From Lentisphaerae bacterium GWF2_49_21 (GTDB taxonomy: Bacteria; Verrucomicrobiota; Lentisphaeria; Victivallales; GWF2-50-93): a stretch of 64,000 bases of DNA. Shown piece after piece: positions 48,358 to 57,258 of the stretch. A program made the position numbers and the translations under genes. Position 1 is the stretch's first letter; each line of letters begins with the position of its first letter. Below the pieces are notes generated by a model. It was not told the origin of the DNA, ran no database searches, and saw only the letters and a program-made list of their open reading frames with translations. The stretch covers positions 94,539-158,538 of the forward strand of contig MHBH01000073.1 of assembly GCA_001804805.1 (NCBI GenBank). The letters run 5' to 3'.

Positions 48358-49110
48358 ATGAGAAACTGGCTTAATAAAAACTTAGTCAACGGTCTGCTCT
48401 TTTCGTCTTTTATCTATGCAGGAATCTTTTTCACTGCGGAAGCGCAGAACGGGCCGACGCCATATCCGGCGAAGGACTCCGACTGGCCGGGCAAAGGCGT
48501 CATAAGGAAGTTCGGATGGATGGACGACAACCGCAAATGGTTCTGGACGCAGCGCGAGAAGGACCAGGGATCCGTGGTTTTTGTCGGAGATTCGCTGACC
48601 GGCGGCTGGAAAGATCTTGCCAAGGCGTTTCCAGGGCTGAAAGTGGCAAACCGCGGCATAGGAGGGGATGTCAGCCGCGGAGTCCTCTTCCGTTTCCAGG
48701 AGGACGTACTTGATCTCAATCCCAAGGCGATAGTCATCACGGTTGGAACTAATGATCTTACGGCAATGGAAAAGACAGATGACTACGCTTCCAACCTATC
48801 AGATATCCTTTCAATGATTGAAAAGAAAAATCCTGCATTGCCGGTAGTCCTGTGTACGACTCCCCCGAGCGCAAATCCAAAGGCGCCTGTGAAGCTTTCC
48901 GAACGGCAGTCCCTGAACGCAAAGATCCTAAAGTATGCAGAAGGAAGGAAGAATGTGGCGATATGCGATCTTTATGCAGTGATGGCGAATGAGGACGGGA
49001 CGCCTAAGCCTGAATTTTTCGGTGAAGACAAGCTTCATCTCGCAGTACCGGGGTATGAAAAATGGACTGAAATGATAAAACCTGTTTTTGAAAAGCTCGG
49101 GATAAAATAA
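48358..49110 (+). CDS. SGNH/GDSL-family esterase
   Basis: Block I VVFVGDSLTGGW, block II NRGIGGD, and block III TVGTNDL. Signal peptide present. Confidence 0.75.
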   Translation: MRNWLNKNLVNGLLFSSFIYAGIFFTAEAQNGPTPYPAKDSDWPGKGVIRKFGWMDDNRKWFWTQREKDQGSVVFVGDSLTGGWKDLAKAFPGLKVANRGIGGDVSRGVLFRFQEDVLDLNPKAIVITVGTNDLTAMEKTDDYASNLSDILSMIEKKNPALPVVLCTTPPSANPKAPVKLSERQSLNAKILKYAEGRKNVAICDLYAVMANEDGTPKPEFFGEDKLHLAVPGYEKWTEMIKPVFEKLGIK

Positions 49111-49155
49111 TTTCTAAGCTGTGGCTTGAAGATGCCATCAGGAAGATAAGGAAAA

Positions 49156-50601
49156 ATGAAGAACATTGTCGCATTTATAATTTCATCTGCGCTGATTTCT
49201 GTCATTTCCGCCGGCATTTCTGCGGAGGAATCGGCTGTGGCCGATCCTGTTCCTGGAGATCCGGTGGCCAAAAATGAAAAACCGCCTGCAGCAGTTCCAA
49301 AAAATCCTGTTGCGAGATTCAGTATTGTTCCCGCAAGCGGACTTGTGGCGACGAAATTCACTCTGGACGCATCGTCAAGCTATGCTGCCGAAGGGGAAAT
49401 TATAAAATATATGTGGGATGTTGGTGGCGATGGGAAGGACTATGCCGAAGGAAAAGGAACCTCCTGTGAGTTTAGACCTGGGAAGGCCGGAACATATGCC
49501 ATCAACCTTAAAGTTGTGGACGCCAATGGTGCCGAGGCCGTCGCCAGCCGGAAAGTAACTGTCGGCGAAAGCGTGACAGTCGGTGGTGGAACCCTTGCAG
49601 CACCTGCTATCGGGCCGGATCCGAGACTCAGCAATGACGGCGGAGGCGACTGGATCCTGGTCGCGAACTATACTTTCGGAGCAGATAAGAAAGGCACGCT
49701 GGACGATCCTACCATCACTGACCGCAAACAGCTTGTTCAGAATATGCACTGCTATAATCCATTTGGATCGCCGGACTGCAGCGGACAATACTGGGCGAAG
49801 ACATGGATTCCGCCGGAAGCCGTGGAGATAGGGGACAATCCATACAAGATGAACGTATATACGCACGAGGCGCCGAATCATGAGATCGTCGACAATGCTG
49901 TACGTTGCTGGGTACGTAGCCTTGACGGAGAGATGAAGCAGGGGCATTTCAGCTACGGATATCTGCGTACCAAGTTCAAATGGCCGAATCCGACCGTCTC
50001 CGGGCAGGACGTATATGCCGAGGTGAAGTTCCGGATGGTGCCCAATCCGAACCATCCTGACGACATGCGCTTCTTCTGGCTGGCGTTCTGGAGCAACGAC
50101 GTTCCCTATACAGGTGAAATGGACTGGTTTGAAGGTTTCGGATATGACAATGGTCCGGGCAACAACAACTTCAAGGCCGCAGGAAATGCAGTATATCATT
50201 CCGACTGGGCAAAAGGCAAAGGCGCCGTCGGTAAGATAAGTTCCAAGACTTGGACCACGCAGACGCCTCCGGGTTCGGATCTGAAACAGTGGACGATCTT
50301 TGGGGGGCTCCTCTGCAGCGACGGATATTGGTCGACTTATGCAAGCAGTCCTGGAAAGCCCGGCGTACAGTTCGTCCCCAACTTCGGAACCTACGGGAAG
50401 GAGACGTTCAAAGACAACTGGCAGTATTATCTTGAAGGGACGCATGGGAACCAGAAGGTGAAGAACTGCATGCCGCCGGGATTGAGCATGGAATCGAACA
50501 TAGATGCGACATGGTTCCCTTATTCGTATGAATGGCAGTACCTGCGCATCTACATGAGGGACAGGAAGGAAAAAATGAAGGGTGGTGGAGACGTCAAATA
50601 G
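49156..50601 (+). CDS. Secreted PKD-domain protein with a C-terminal GH16-like domain
   Basis: Signal peptide. PKD domain (FSIVPASGLVATKFTLDASSSYAAEG…YMWDVGGDG). GEMDWFEGF fits the GH16 E-x-D-x(x)-E catalytic motif. Confidence 0.65.
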   Translation: MKNIVAFIISSALISVISAGISAEESAVADPVPGDPVAKNEKPPAAVPKNPVARFSIVPASGLVATKFTLDASSSYAAEGEIIKYMWDVGGDGKDYAEGKGTSCEFRPGKAGTYAINLKVVDANGAEAVASRKVTVGESVTVGGGTLAAPAIGPDPRLSNDGGGDWILVANYTFGADKKGTLDDPTITDRKQLVQNMHCYNPFGSPDCSGQYWAKTWIPPEAVEIGDNPYKMNVYTHEAPNHEIVDNAVRCWVRSLDGEMKQGHFSYGYLRTKFKWPNPTVSGQDVYAEVKFRMVPNPNHPDDMRFFWLAFWSNDVPYTGEMDWFEGFGYDNGPGNNNFKAAGNAVYHSDWAKGKGAVGKISSKTWTTQTPPGSDLKQWTIFGGLLCSDGYWSTYASSPGKPGVQFVPNFGTYGKETFKDNWQYYLEGTHGNQKVKNCMPPGLSMESNIDATWFPYSYEWQYLRIYMRDRKEKMKGGGDVK

Positions 50602-50609
50602 GGATTATT

Positions 50610-52898
50610 ATGGAAATAAAAAGAGGGAAAAAGAAAGAAAAAATGAAAAAGAGAGGAACGAAGAAACCGGTTCTGAGCCCGATGGTGGCGCAGGCGGTGG
50701 AGTTCACGGAGACTTACAAGAAGCACATTGACGATCACATCGCGATCCGCGAGGCGGTGTGTTTGAAGACGCAGTATCCTGCGATCCTAAGGGATCTGCG
50801 TCCTGAAGATACTCTTGCCGGTCGTAGGCCGGAAGACATCATCGTCTATTTCGGGACGATATGGTGGCATTGGTACCCTGAATGGCGCAAAGGGATTGAG
50901 TCTGCTGGAAAACAGGGCGGATACTGCGTCAATTTTTCGGCAGCCAAGACCTGCGCGAAGAACGATGCTGAGAGGAAAGTCCTCGAGAAAGTTCTTGATT
51001 TTTGGGAGGAGGAATGCACACAATCTAAGATAAGGAAAATCTGGGACGACGAAGTGAAGAATAGCTTCCTTGGAGGAGCAAGTACAGGATTCTGCATGTC
51101 CATGGATTTCAACCGTCTTCTCAAGCGAGGAGTTCCCGGATTAATCGATGACATAAAGGCAAGAAAAAAGAAGATCAAGAAAATGGGAGGAGATGGAAAA
51201 TTCCTCGACGGGCTCCTCATAATGCTCGATGTCTTCAAGGACACCTGCCACCATTACCGGAAACAGGCCGAAGCATTAGCAGAAAATGCGAAATCCGCAA
51301 AGGACAGGAAGAGGCTTGAGGAGACCGCCAGGATTCTTGAAGCGATAACCATAAGAGCTCCGCAATCTTTCCGCGAAGCTGTCCAACTGCTCTGGCTCTA
51401 TCTCATAATGGGAAGCGGAAAGCATATCGAGCCCGGAAGATTAGACATATTCCTTGGTGATTTTTATGCAAACGACATAGAGAAGGGAGTGATTACCGAG
51501 GAAGAGGCGATGGAAACCATACTCGCGCTTTGGAATGTGATCGATGAGAACGGAGAACCTGCGGTGAGCCGCGTGGTCCTCGGCGGAAAAGGCAGGAGGA
51601 ACGAAAAGAACGCCGACAGGTTCGCAATGGCCGGACTTGAAGCGACAAGGCGATTTAAAAAAGTCAAGCCCCAGCTCACCTTCAGATTCTATGAGGGACA
51701 GGATCCGAAGCTGTTTACCAAGGCTTTGGACGTTGTCGGGGAAAACGGTGTCTTCCCGATGTTCTACAACGACGACACCAACGTTACCGGTGCATCGAAA
51801 AGCCTTGGGGTTTCCCTGGAAGAGGCTGTGCGCTACCATCCGCTCGGATGTGGGGAATACATGCTTGCCTGGTGCAGTCCGAGCCTGCTTGACAGCGCGT
51901 GGAGCGTTCCAAAATCGTTCCTTGCTGCGCTTCACGATGGATTCTACTGTGAAAGACGGAATATTGGTCCGCGCACAGGAACAGTTGAGAAATTTGATTC
52001 TTTCAACAAGCTTTATGAAGCCTACAAGAAACAGATAGATTATGCGATGGACATCTCCGCGCGTATCTACAAGGGGATATGCGATGGACATCCAAAACAG
52101 AACGCTTTCCTCTTCGCGAGTCTCCTGAGCGACGACTGCCTTGAACGCGGCAGGGCCATGTTCGACGGAGGCATCCGGTATCTGGGAGGATGCGAGATGG
52201 GGCATGGATACACTAATTCGTCAGATTCACTTACTGCCATTAAAAAAATCGTATATCAGGAAAAGAAGATTTCCATTTCTGAACTCGTAAAGATCCTCGA
52301 TAATAATTTTAAAGGGCGGGAAGATGTCAGGAAGATGCTCCTTGAGGCTCCGAAGTTCGGCAATGATGACAAGGATGCCGACGGAATGATGACTGACATG
52401 TGGAAATACATCCACAAATCTGCGAAACTCGCAGGAAAAAAAGAGGGTCTTGACTTCCTCGTTGTCAGCAGCGTAAATCCAGGCGGATATGGGATGGGCA
52501 AGGACTGTGGAGCAACTGCCGACGGGCGCAAAAAAGGTGAACCGTTTGCAATAGGAATGGCTCCGACGGCCGGATTCGACAAGAGAGGACTGACGGCGAT
52601 GTTCAATTCCATATCGAAAGTGGATCCTGCACACGGCGGGGCTACTACGAACATCAAGCTGTCTCGGGAATTCTTCACCAATGAACGAGCCAAAATGGAA
52701 ATGCTCTTCAAGGTCTATTTCAAGAAGGGTGGAATGCAGGCGAATGTAACCGTTGTCAACAAGAATGATCTCCAGGCCGCGCTGAAGGAACCGGAGAAGT
52801 ATTCGCATGTGATGGTCCGCCTCGGCGGATGGTCGGCACGATTCATCGATCTGGAGCCGATGATACAGGAGGAGATCTTAAGAAGGACGCTGTATTGA
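50610..52898 (+). CDS. Glycyl radical enzyme (PFL2/dehydratase-like clade) with an atypical radical-site motif
   Basis: C-terminus VMVRLGGWSARFIDLEPMIQEEILRRTLY matches RVSGYSAxFxxL…E(I/V)IxR, but with G-W instead of G-Y. Active-site loop YHPLGCGEY. Mid-protein GRLD…FY..D…G.IT.EEA.E motifs are typical of glycyl radical enzymes. I chose the ATG at 50610; the track ORF's 5' extension overlaps the upstream gene. Confidence 0.75.
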   Translation: MEIKRGKKKEKMKKRGTKKPVLSPMVAQAVEFTETYKKHIDDHIAIREAVCLKTQYPAILRDLRPEDTLAGRRPEDIIVYFGTIWWHWYPEWRKGIESAGKQGGYCVNFSAAKTCAKNDAERKVLEKVLDFWEEECTQSKIRKIWDDEVKNSFLGGASTGFCMSMDFNRLLKRGVPGLIDDIKARKKKIKKMGGDGKFLDGLLIMLDVFKDTCHHYRKQAEALAENAKSAKDRKRLEETARILEAITIRAPQSFREAVQLLWLYLIMGSGKHIEPGRLDIFLGDFYANDIEKGVITEEEAMETILALWNVIDENGEPAVSRVVLGGKGRRNEKNADRFAMAGLEATRRFKKVKPQLTFRFYEGQDPKLFTKALDVVGENGVFPMFYNDDTNVTGASKSLGVSLEEAVRYHPLGCGEYMLAWCSPSLLDSAWSVPKSFLAALHDGFYCERRNIGPRTGTVEKFDSFNKLYEAYKKQIDYAMDISARIYKGICDGHPKQNAFLFASLLSDDCLERGRAMFDGGIRYLGGCEMGHGYTNSSDSLTAIKKIVYQEKKISISELVKILDNNFKGREDVRKMLLEAPKFGNDDKDADGMMTDMWKYIHKSAKLAGKKEGLDFLVVSSVNPGGYGMGKDCGATADGRKKGEPFAIGMAPTAGFDKRGLTAMFNSISKVDPAHGGATTNIKLSREFFTNERAKMEMLFKVYFKKGGMQANVTVVNKNDLQAALKEPEKYSHVMVRLGGWSARFIDLEPMIQEEILRRTLY

Positions 52899-52905
52899 GA
52901 ATGTA

Positions 52906-52926
52906 GAACAGGCATCTTGCCTGTTC
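52906..52926 (+). terminator. Hairpin after the glycyl radical enzyme (gaacaggca tct tgcctgttc), first of three related 'caggc' hairpins
   Basis: Perfect 9-bp stem starting 8 nt after the stop. Related hairpins at 53001-53017 and 53072-53090. Confidence 0.4.
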
Positions 52927-53098
52927 ATTGAATTGAATATCCAATATCCAACAAGGAATTTCGAATGTCCAAGTGGAGATATTTTAAACAAGAGAAGACC
53001 ACAGGCGGGACGCCTGTTCCACATTGAAAGAATAAAAGAAAGTGGTACAGCCGTCTCGGCTGTAATTAGATCACAGGCAAGATGCCTGTGTTACATTT

Positions 53099-54007
53099 AT
53101 GGGAAAGCAAGGATTAATATTCGCAATCGAAAGATGCTCCCTGCACGATGGGCCGGGGCTGCGGACGACTGTCTTTTTGAAGGGCTGTCCGCTGCACTGC
53201 CATTGGTGTCACAATCCCGAATCACAGTCGTCATATCCTGAGCTCTATTTTCTCCGCGAGAAGTGCACCCTCTGCGGATCATGCGTCAAAGCGTGTCCGA
53301 ACAAATGCCACAGCCTGAGCGTGAGCAACCACGATATAAACCGTGTCCTATGCGCCAGATGCGGATGCTGTGTTTCAGCGTGTTCAAACTCTGCGCTTGA
53401 GATAAAAGGAAATCCCATGGGAGTTGAGGATGTTCTTGCGGAAGTCGAAAAGGACCATGACTTCTATGTTGAATCCGGAGGAGGCATGACGCTTTCCGGC
53501 GGTGAGCCTATGATGCAGTATGAATTCGCCGCAGAACTTCTTAAGCAGTCGAAGAAGAAAGGATTCCACAACTGCATTGAGACCAGCGGATTTGCACCTA
53601 AGGAAAGATATCTGAAGATCAGGAAGAACGTTGATATTTTCCTCTTTGACTTCAAGGAAAGCGATCCAGAGAGGCATCTGAAATACACCGGGGTGGATAA
53701 CAAGCAGATCCTGGAGAATCTTTTCGAACTGGACAGGAAAGGTTCGAAGATAATCCTGCGCTGTCCGATCATACCGGGATTGAACGACAGGAAATCTCAC
53801 CTTGAAGAAATTGCTAAACTCGCAGGGAAACTCAAGAATATAATCGAGATCAATGTCATGCCGTATCATCCGATGGGAAAATCGAAGAGCGGAAGAATCG
53901 GCAAGAAGCAACCGCATGACAGCGACAGTTTCACGGAGAATGAGAAAGTCGAGAAATGGATCAAGTTCATTGGAAGGAGAACTACTATTCCAGTGAAAAA
54001 GGGATAA
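53099..54007 (+). CDS. Glycyl-radical-enzyme activating protein (radical SAM with ferredoxin-like insert)
   Basis: GCPLHCHWCHNPES (Cx3Cx2C), two extra Cys clusters (CTLCGSCVKACP and CARCGCCVSACS), and GGMTLSGGEP. Confidence 0.85.
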   Translation: MGKQGLIFAIERCSLHDGPGLRTTVFLKGCPLHCHWCHNPESQSSYPELYFLREKCTLCGSCVKACPNKCHSLSVSNHDINRVLCARCGCCVSACSNSALEIKGNPMGVEDVLAEVEKDHDFYVESGGGMTLSGGEPMMQYEFAAELLKQSKKKGFHNCIETSGFAPKERYLKIRKNVDIFLFDFKESDPERHLKYTGVDNKQILENLFELDRKGSKIILRCPIIPGLNDRKSHLEEIAKLAGKLKNIIEINVMPYHPMGKSKSGRIGKKQPHDSDSFTENEKVEKWIKFIGRRTTIPVKKG

Positions 54008-54092
54008 ATAGAGGAGCGCCACCATCTTGGTGGCATAATAATAATTGCCGGCAGGATGCCGGCGCTCCATTTATACAAAAAGGGGAGAAGAT

Positions 54093-55175
54093 ATGAAAAG
54101 CGCGATGATTTTCGGATTATGCCTGGCGGCTTCGGTGTTTGCGGCGGCGGCTGATGCGCCCAAGCCATTCGACCACGGCGATGATGCTGACGTAAATAAA
54201 TTGAAACAGGCAGAGAAAAGCGATGTCGTCAATCCCATGCCTGACAGGCCGCTGGCCAAATGCGAGCTGAAGGACAAGATATACCACGGCGTCCTGATAT
54301 GGACAGATAAGAAGGATGGCTTCACGAAGATATACGACCAATATGTGAAGGTTGCCGGGAAGAAGCCGTCGATGATCGGCACATTCGACTGTATCTGGTC
54401 GAACAGCGTGAAACAGCCGGACGATTCATTTGAACAAAGACTTAAGATCATCGACGAGATTCCGAATGTCATTCCATTCATGAAGGTCTATACGGGCGAC
54501 TGGAAGCCGGGGTGTCCTTTCCTAAGCGCCGATGAGATCCTCGCCGGAAAACACGACCAGTATTTCAAGAACATGGCAGGATACTGCAAAAAATATGCGA
54601 AACCGATGATGGTCAGCTTCAACCATGAGATGAATGGTGATTGGTTCTTCTATTCGGAGCTATACAAGAAGGAGAAGACAGACTGGACTGCCGAGAAATA
54701 TATAAAGATATGGCGCAAGATACATGGAATATTCAAGGATGAAGGGGTGACGAATGTCGCATTCGTATGGTGTCCGCAGATGACTGGCCGTCCCTACAAG
54801 GAACTCAACGCCCAGAACAGTTTCAAGGCGTATTATCCGGGTGACGAATATGTCGACTGGATCGGACCGAGCTTCTACAATGACGTCAACCACATGTACA
54901 TGGACAATCTTGTAAAGACTTATCCGAGCAAGCCAATCGTTCTCGCCGAGTGGGGCACGGAACCCAACCGCGGACAGTGGTATGTGCCAAAGCCTTATCC
55001 GGGTGATGCAAAGCACATGGAAATGACATTGAACCTGTTCCCGAAGAAATATCCGAACATCAAGGCGATGACTTATTTCTACTGGGGGAAGGATGTCAAT
55101 ATCGAGAGGCTTCCGGAGCAGGTCGAGATCTACCAGAAGGGAATTTCAGGGGAGAAATTCCTGAGCAACGAATAA
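54093..55175 (+). CDS. Glycoside hydrolase family 26-like (mannanase/lichenase clade)
   Basis: Signal peptide MKSAMIFGLCLAASVFAAAA after the RBS aaaggggag. FNHEMNGDWFFY matches the GH26 HEMNGxWFWWG block. Confidence 0.6.
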   Translation: MKSAMIFGLCLAASVFAAAADAPKPFDHGDDADVNKLKQAEKSDVVNPMPDRPLAKCELKDKIYHGVLIWTDKKDGFTKIYDQYVKVAGKKPSMIGTFDCIWSNSVKQPDDSFEQRLKIIDEIPNVIPFMKVYTGDWKPGCPFLSADEILAGKHDQYFKNMAGYCKKYAKPMMVSFNHEMNGDWFFYSELYKKEKTDWTAEKYIKIWRKIHGIFKDEGVTNVAFVWCPQMTGRPYKELNAQNSFKAYYPGDEYVDWIGPSFYNDVNHMYMDNLVKTYPSKPIVLAEWGTEPNRGQWYVPKPYPGDAKHMEMTLNLFPKKYPNIKAMTYFYWGKDVNIERLPEQVEIYQKGISGEKFLSNE

Positions 55176-55312
55176 TGTTTGTAGTAGGCGTATTTATACG
55201 CCGTTAAGTAGGTACGTGCTTCAGCATGTACCATCTTAATCAGTAAGAAGGGGACAGGCTAAAGCCCGTCCCTACCTTATAGAACGCGCAATAAATTGCG
55301 CTACTACCAACG
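55176..55312 (+). repeat. Structured repeat element, copy 2; starts 1 nt after the GH26 stop codon
   Basis: TIRs gtttgtagtag / ctactacCaac. Hairpins ggcgtat-tt-atacgcc, ggtacgtgc-ttca-gcatgtacc, gggacaggc-taaa-gcccgtccc and gcgcaat-aa-attgcgc. Confidence 0.75.
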
Positions 55313-55334
55313 GAATAATAACAAAGGAGAGTTC

Positions 55335-56312
55335 ATGAAAAAAGCTATTATTGTCGCACTGGCCGCAGTGGCTCTGATGTCAGGCGCCCAGGAAAAGAAG
55401 GAGGCGAACATGTCAGATGCCGAGATACTCAAATGGAAGGATGGGAAGAAGGCCGTGTTCATGCTGGAATTCGACGACAGCTGCGTGACTCATGTGACCA
55501 ATGCAATTCCTGAACTTAAGAAGAGGGGAATGGTCGGAACGTTCTACATCAATGCCGGTAACGGTCCGTTCAAGAACAAACAGAACGACTGGGAGAAGGA
55601 AATTCCGAAGATGGGGATGGAATATGGCAATCACACCTTCACGCACAAGGGCGCGCCGACGCTTGAGGAGGTGGACAAGGACATCGCGCTTGCCAACGAC
55701 GAAATCAACAAGTGTTTCCCCGACCGCAAGACTCCACGCCTTATCTCCTTCGGTCAGCCCGGAGGAGTTCCATGGAAGATCACCAAGGAGGAATTTGAAA
55801 AGCTGCTGGCAAAATACAATCTCGTCAACAGGCCTTCCTTCTTCGGATATCCCTTCCATGCGAAGACGAAGGAGGATGTGCTGAAGCTGGTGGACAATGC
55901 GATTGCCAAGGGAGAGATGGGGCATCATGACTTCCATGGGGTAGGAGGAGACTGGCTCGTCACCCCGATGGACATCTTCACTGCGCTCCTCGACAAGCTT
56001 GAGGCGAACAAGGATCTTGTCTGGGTGACTGATCCGGTTTCATATCACAAATATCTTACTGAACGCAAGGGAGCTGAACTGAAAGTTGTCCAGAAGGATG
56101 CCGCCCAAATCAAGCTCCAGCTCACATGTAAGACGGACGCGGCTCTTTATGATCTTCCGCTGACACTTCACACGAAAGTTCCAGCTGACTGGAAGGAATG
56201 TTCGGTGGAGCAGGGGAAATCCAAGACAAGCGCAAAGGTTGAAGCTGGAGCAATTCGCTACTCGGCGGAACCTGTCAGCGGTGAAATTGTGATAAAGCCT
56301 GCTAAAAAATAA
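55335..56312 (+). CDS. Polysaccharide deacetylase (carbohydrate esterase family 4, NodB domain)
   Basis: Signal peptide MKKAIIVALAAVALMSGA after aaaggagag. NodB motifs EFDDS and YGNHTFTH. The track's 5' extension runs into the repeat element. Confidence 0.65.
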   Translation: MKKAIIVALAAVALMSGAQEKKEANMSDAEILKWKDGKKAVFMLEFDDSCVTHVTNAIPELKKRGMVGTFYINAGNGPFKNKQNDWEKEIPKMGMEYGNHTFTHKGAPTLEEVDKDIALANDEINKCFPDRKTPRLISFGQPGGVPWKITKEEFEKLLAKYNLVNRPSFFGYPFHAKTKEDVLKLVDNAIAKGEMGHHDFHGVGGDWLVTPMDIFTALLDKLEANKDLVWVTDPVSYHKYLTERKGAELKVVQKDAAQIKLQLTCKTDAALYDLPLTLHTKVPADWKECSVEQGKSKTSAKVEAGAIRYSAEPVSGEIVIKPAKK

Positions 56313-56363
56313 AAGTTAAATATTTCCTGTTCTCACGTCATAGGCGGAAAAAGTGCAGGCCGC

Positions 56364-56374
56364 TGTAAGTTACA
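56364..56374 (+). promoter_or_regulatory. LacI-type operator candidate tgtaaGttaca (site 3, upstream of the DUF1559 gene)
   Basis: Identical to site 1 at 46223. It lies 110 bp upstream of the TTG/ATG of the 56484 gene. Confidence 0.5.
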
Positions 56375-56452
56375 TGGCGATAAATGTAAATATTTTATCA
56401 TCCCCCATTGACATAAGAGGATAAAAAGCATAAACTGAAGGTATGCAGGCAA

Positions 56453-56463
56453 TGTAACTTACA
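56453..56463 (+). promoter_or_regulatory. LacI-type operator candidate tgtaaCttaca (site 4)
   Basis: Identical to site 2 at 46298, and in the same order, spaced 89 bp after site 3 (the pair at the regulator is 75 bp apart). It lies 21 bp upstream of the start codon. Confidence 0.5.
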
Positions 56464-56483
56464 GTGATAATGGCTGGAGGCTT

Positions 56484-57212
56484 ATGAAAAACTCGAAACT
56501 TGCAATCCGAAGTTCGAAAGACGGGAGAGGGAAAAGAGGTTATTTTACGCTCATTGAGTTGCTCGTGGTCATCGCCATCATCGCGATTCTGGCGGCATTG
56601 TTGCTTCCGGCGCTGAACAATGCCAAGTTGACGGCAAAAAGCGTAGTGTGTCTGAGCAATCTCAAACAAAATGTTTTAGCTGCCTACTCATATGGTTCCG
56701 AAAATGACATGTATGTGCCAATTATAGGAAAGCTCGCAGGGGGATGGAGAGATTATTCGTATTTGTTGACGCAAGAAAAATATATGGATAATAGCAATGC
56801 CCGAGCTTGTCCTCGCGGCCAACCCTACAAAAGCTGTTATGGCTATGGAACACAAAGTGGAACAGCCAGTTCTGGCCCCAGATTTGAAGCCCCTTATCCG
56901 GCTTTCAACATATCATATGGGGGAGGAGACTATATGAAATTTCGAGCACTAAATCAAATATCTCAGCCAAATAATTATACATATATTTGTGATGTAAGCA
57001 ATTGGGAAGCCAAACAATACTTCGACGTTACACCAACAAACGCCTGGGCTTCTTTGGGGCTGCGTCATTTTCGGAAGGCCAACGCTGCTCTATGGGATGG
57101 TCACGCAGAAGGGCGCACAGGGAAAAACTGGTACAACTCTGGATTCACCTCAGGATTTATTGTCCTCAGCGAGGCCATTGCCTCCAGCAGTGCTGCTCCG
57201 GTTAATTTTTAA
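56484..57212 (+). CDS. DUF1559 (H-X9-DG) protein with a type IV pilin-like N-terminus
   Basis: …[31 protein letters not shown]…, and a C-terminal [13 protein letters not shown]. Confidence 0.8.
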   Translation: MKNSKLAIRSSKDGRGKRGYFTLIELLVVIAIIAILAALLLPALNNAKLTAKSVVCLSNLKQNVLAAYSYGSENDMYVPIIGKLAGGWRDYSYLLTQEKYMDNSNARACPRGQPYKSCYGYGTQSGTASSGPRFEAPYPAFNISYGGGDYMKFRALNQISQPNNYTYICDVSNWEAKQYFDVTPTNAWASLGLRHFRKANAALWDGHAEGRTGKNWYNSGFTSGFIVLSEAIASSSAAPVNF

Positions 57213-57258
57213 GGTTGATTGTTCTCGCAGCTCTGTTTTCGGGAACATCGTTTTATAA

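Noticed and set aside
49375-50445. Minus-strand 356-aa ORF opposite the PKD-GH16 gene
   Set aside because: The plus-strand frame carries a signal peptide, a PKD domain and a GH16 catalytic motif. The antisense frame has no features.
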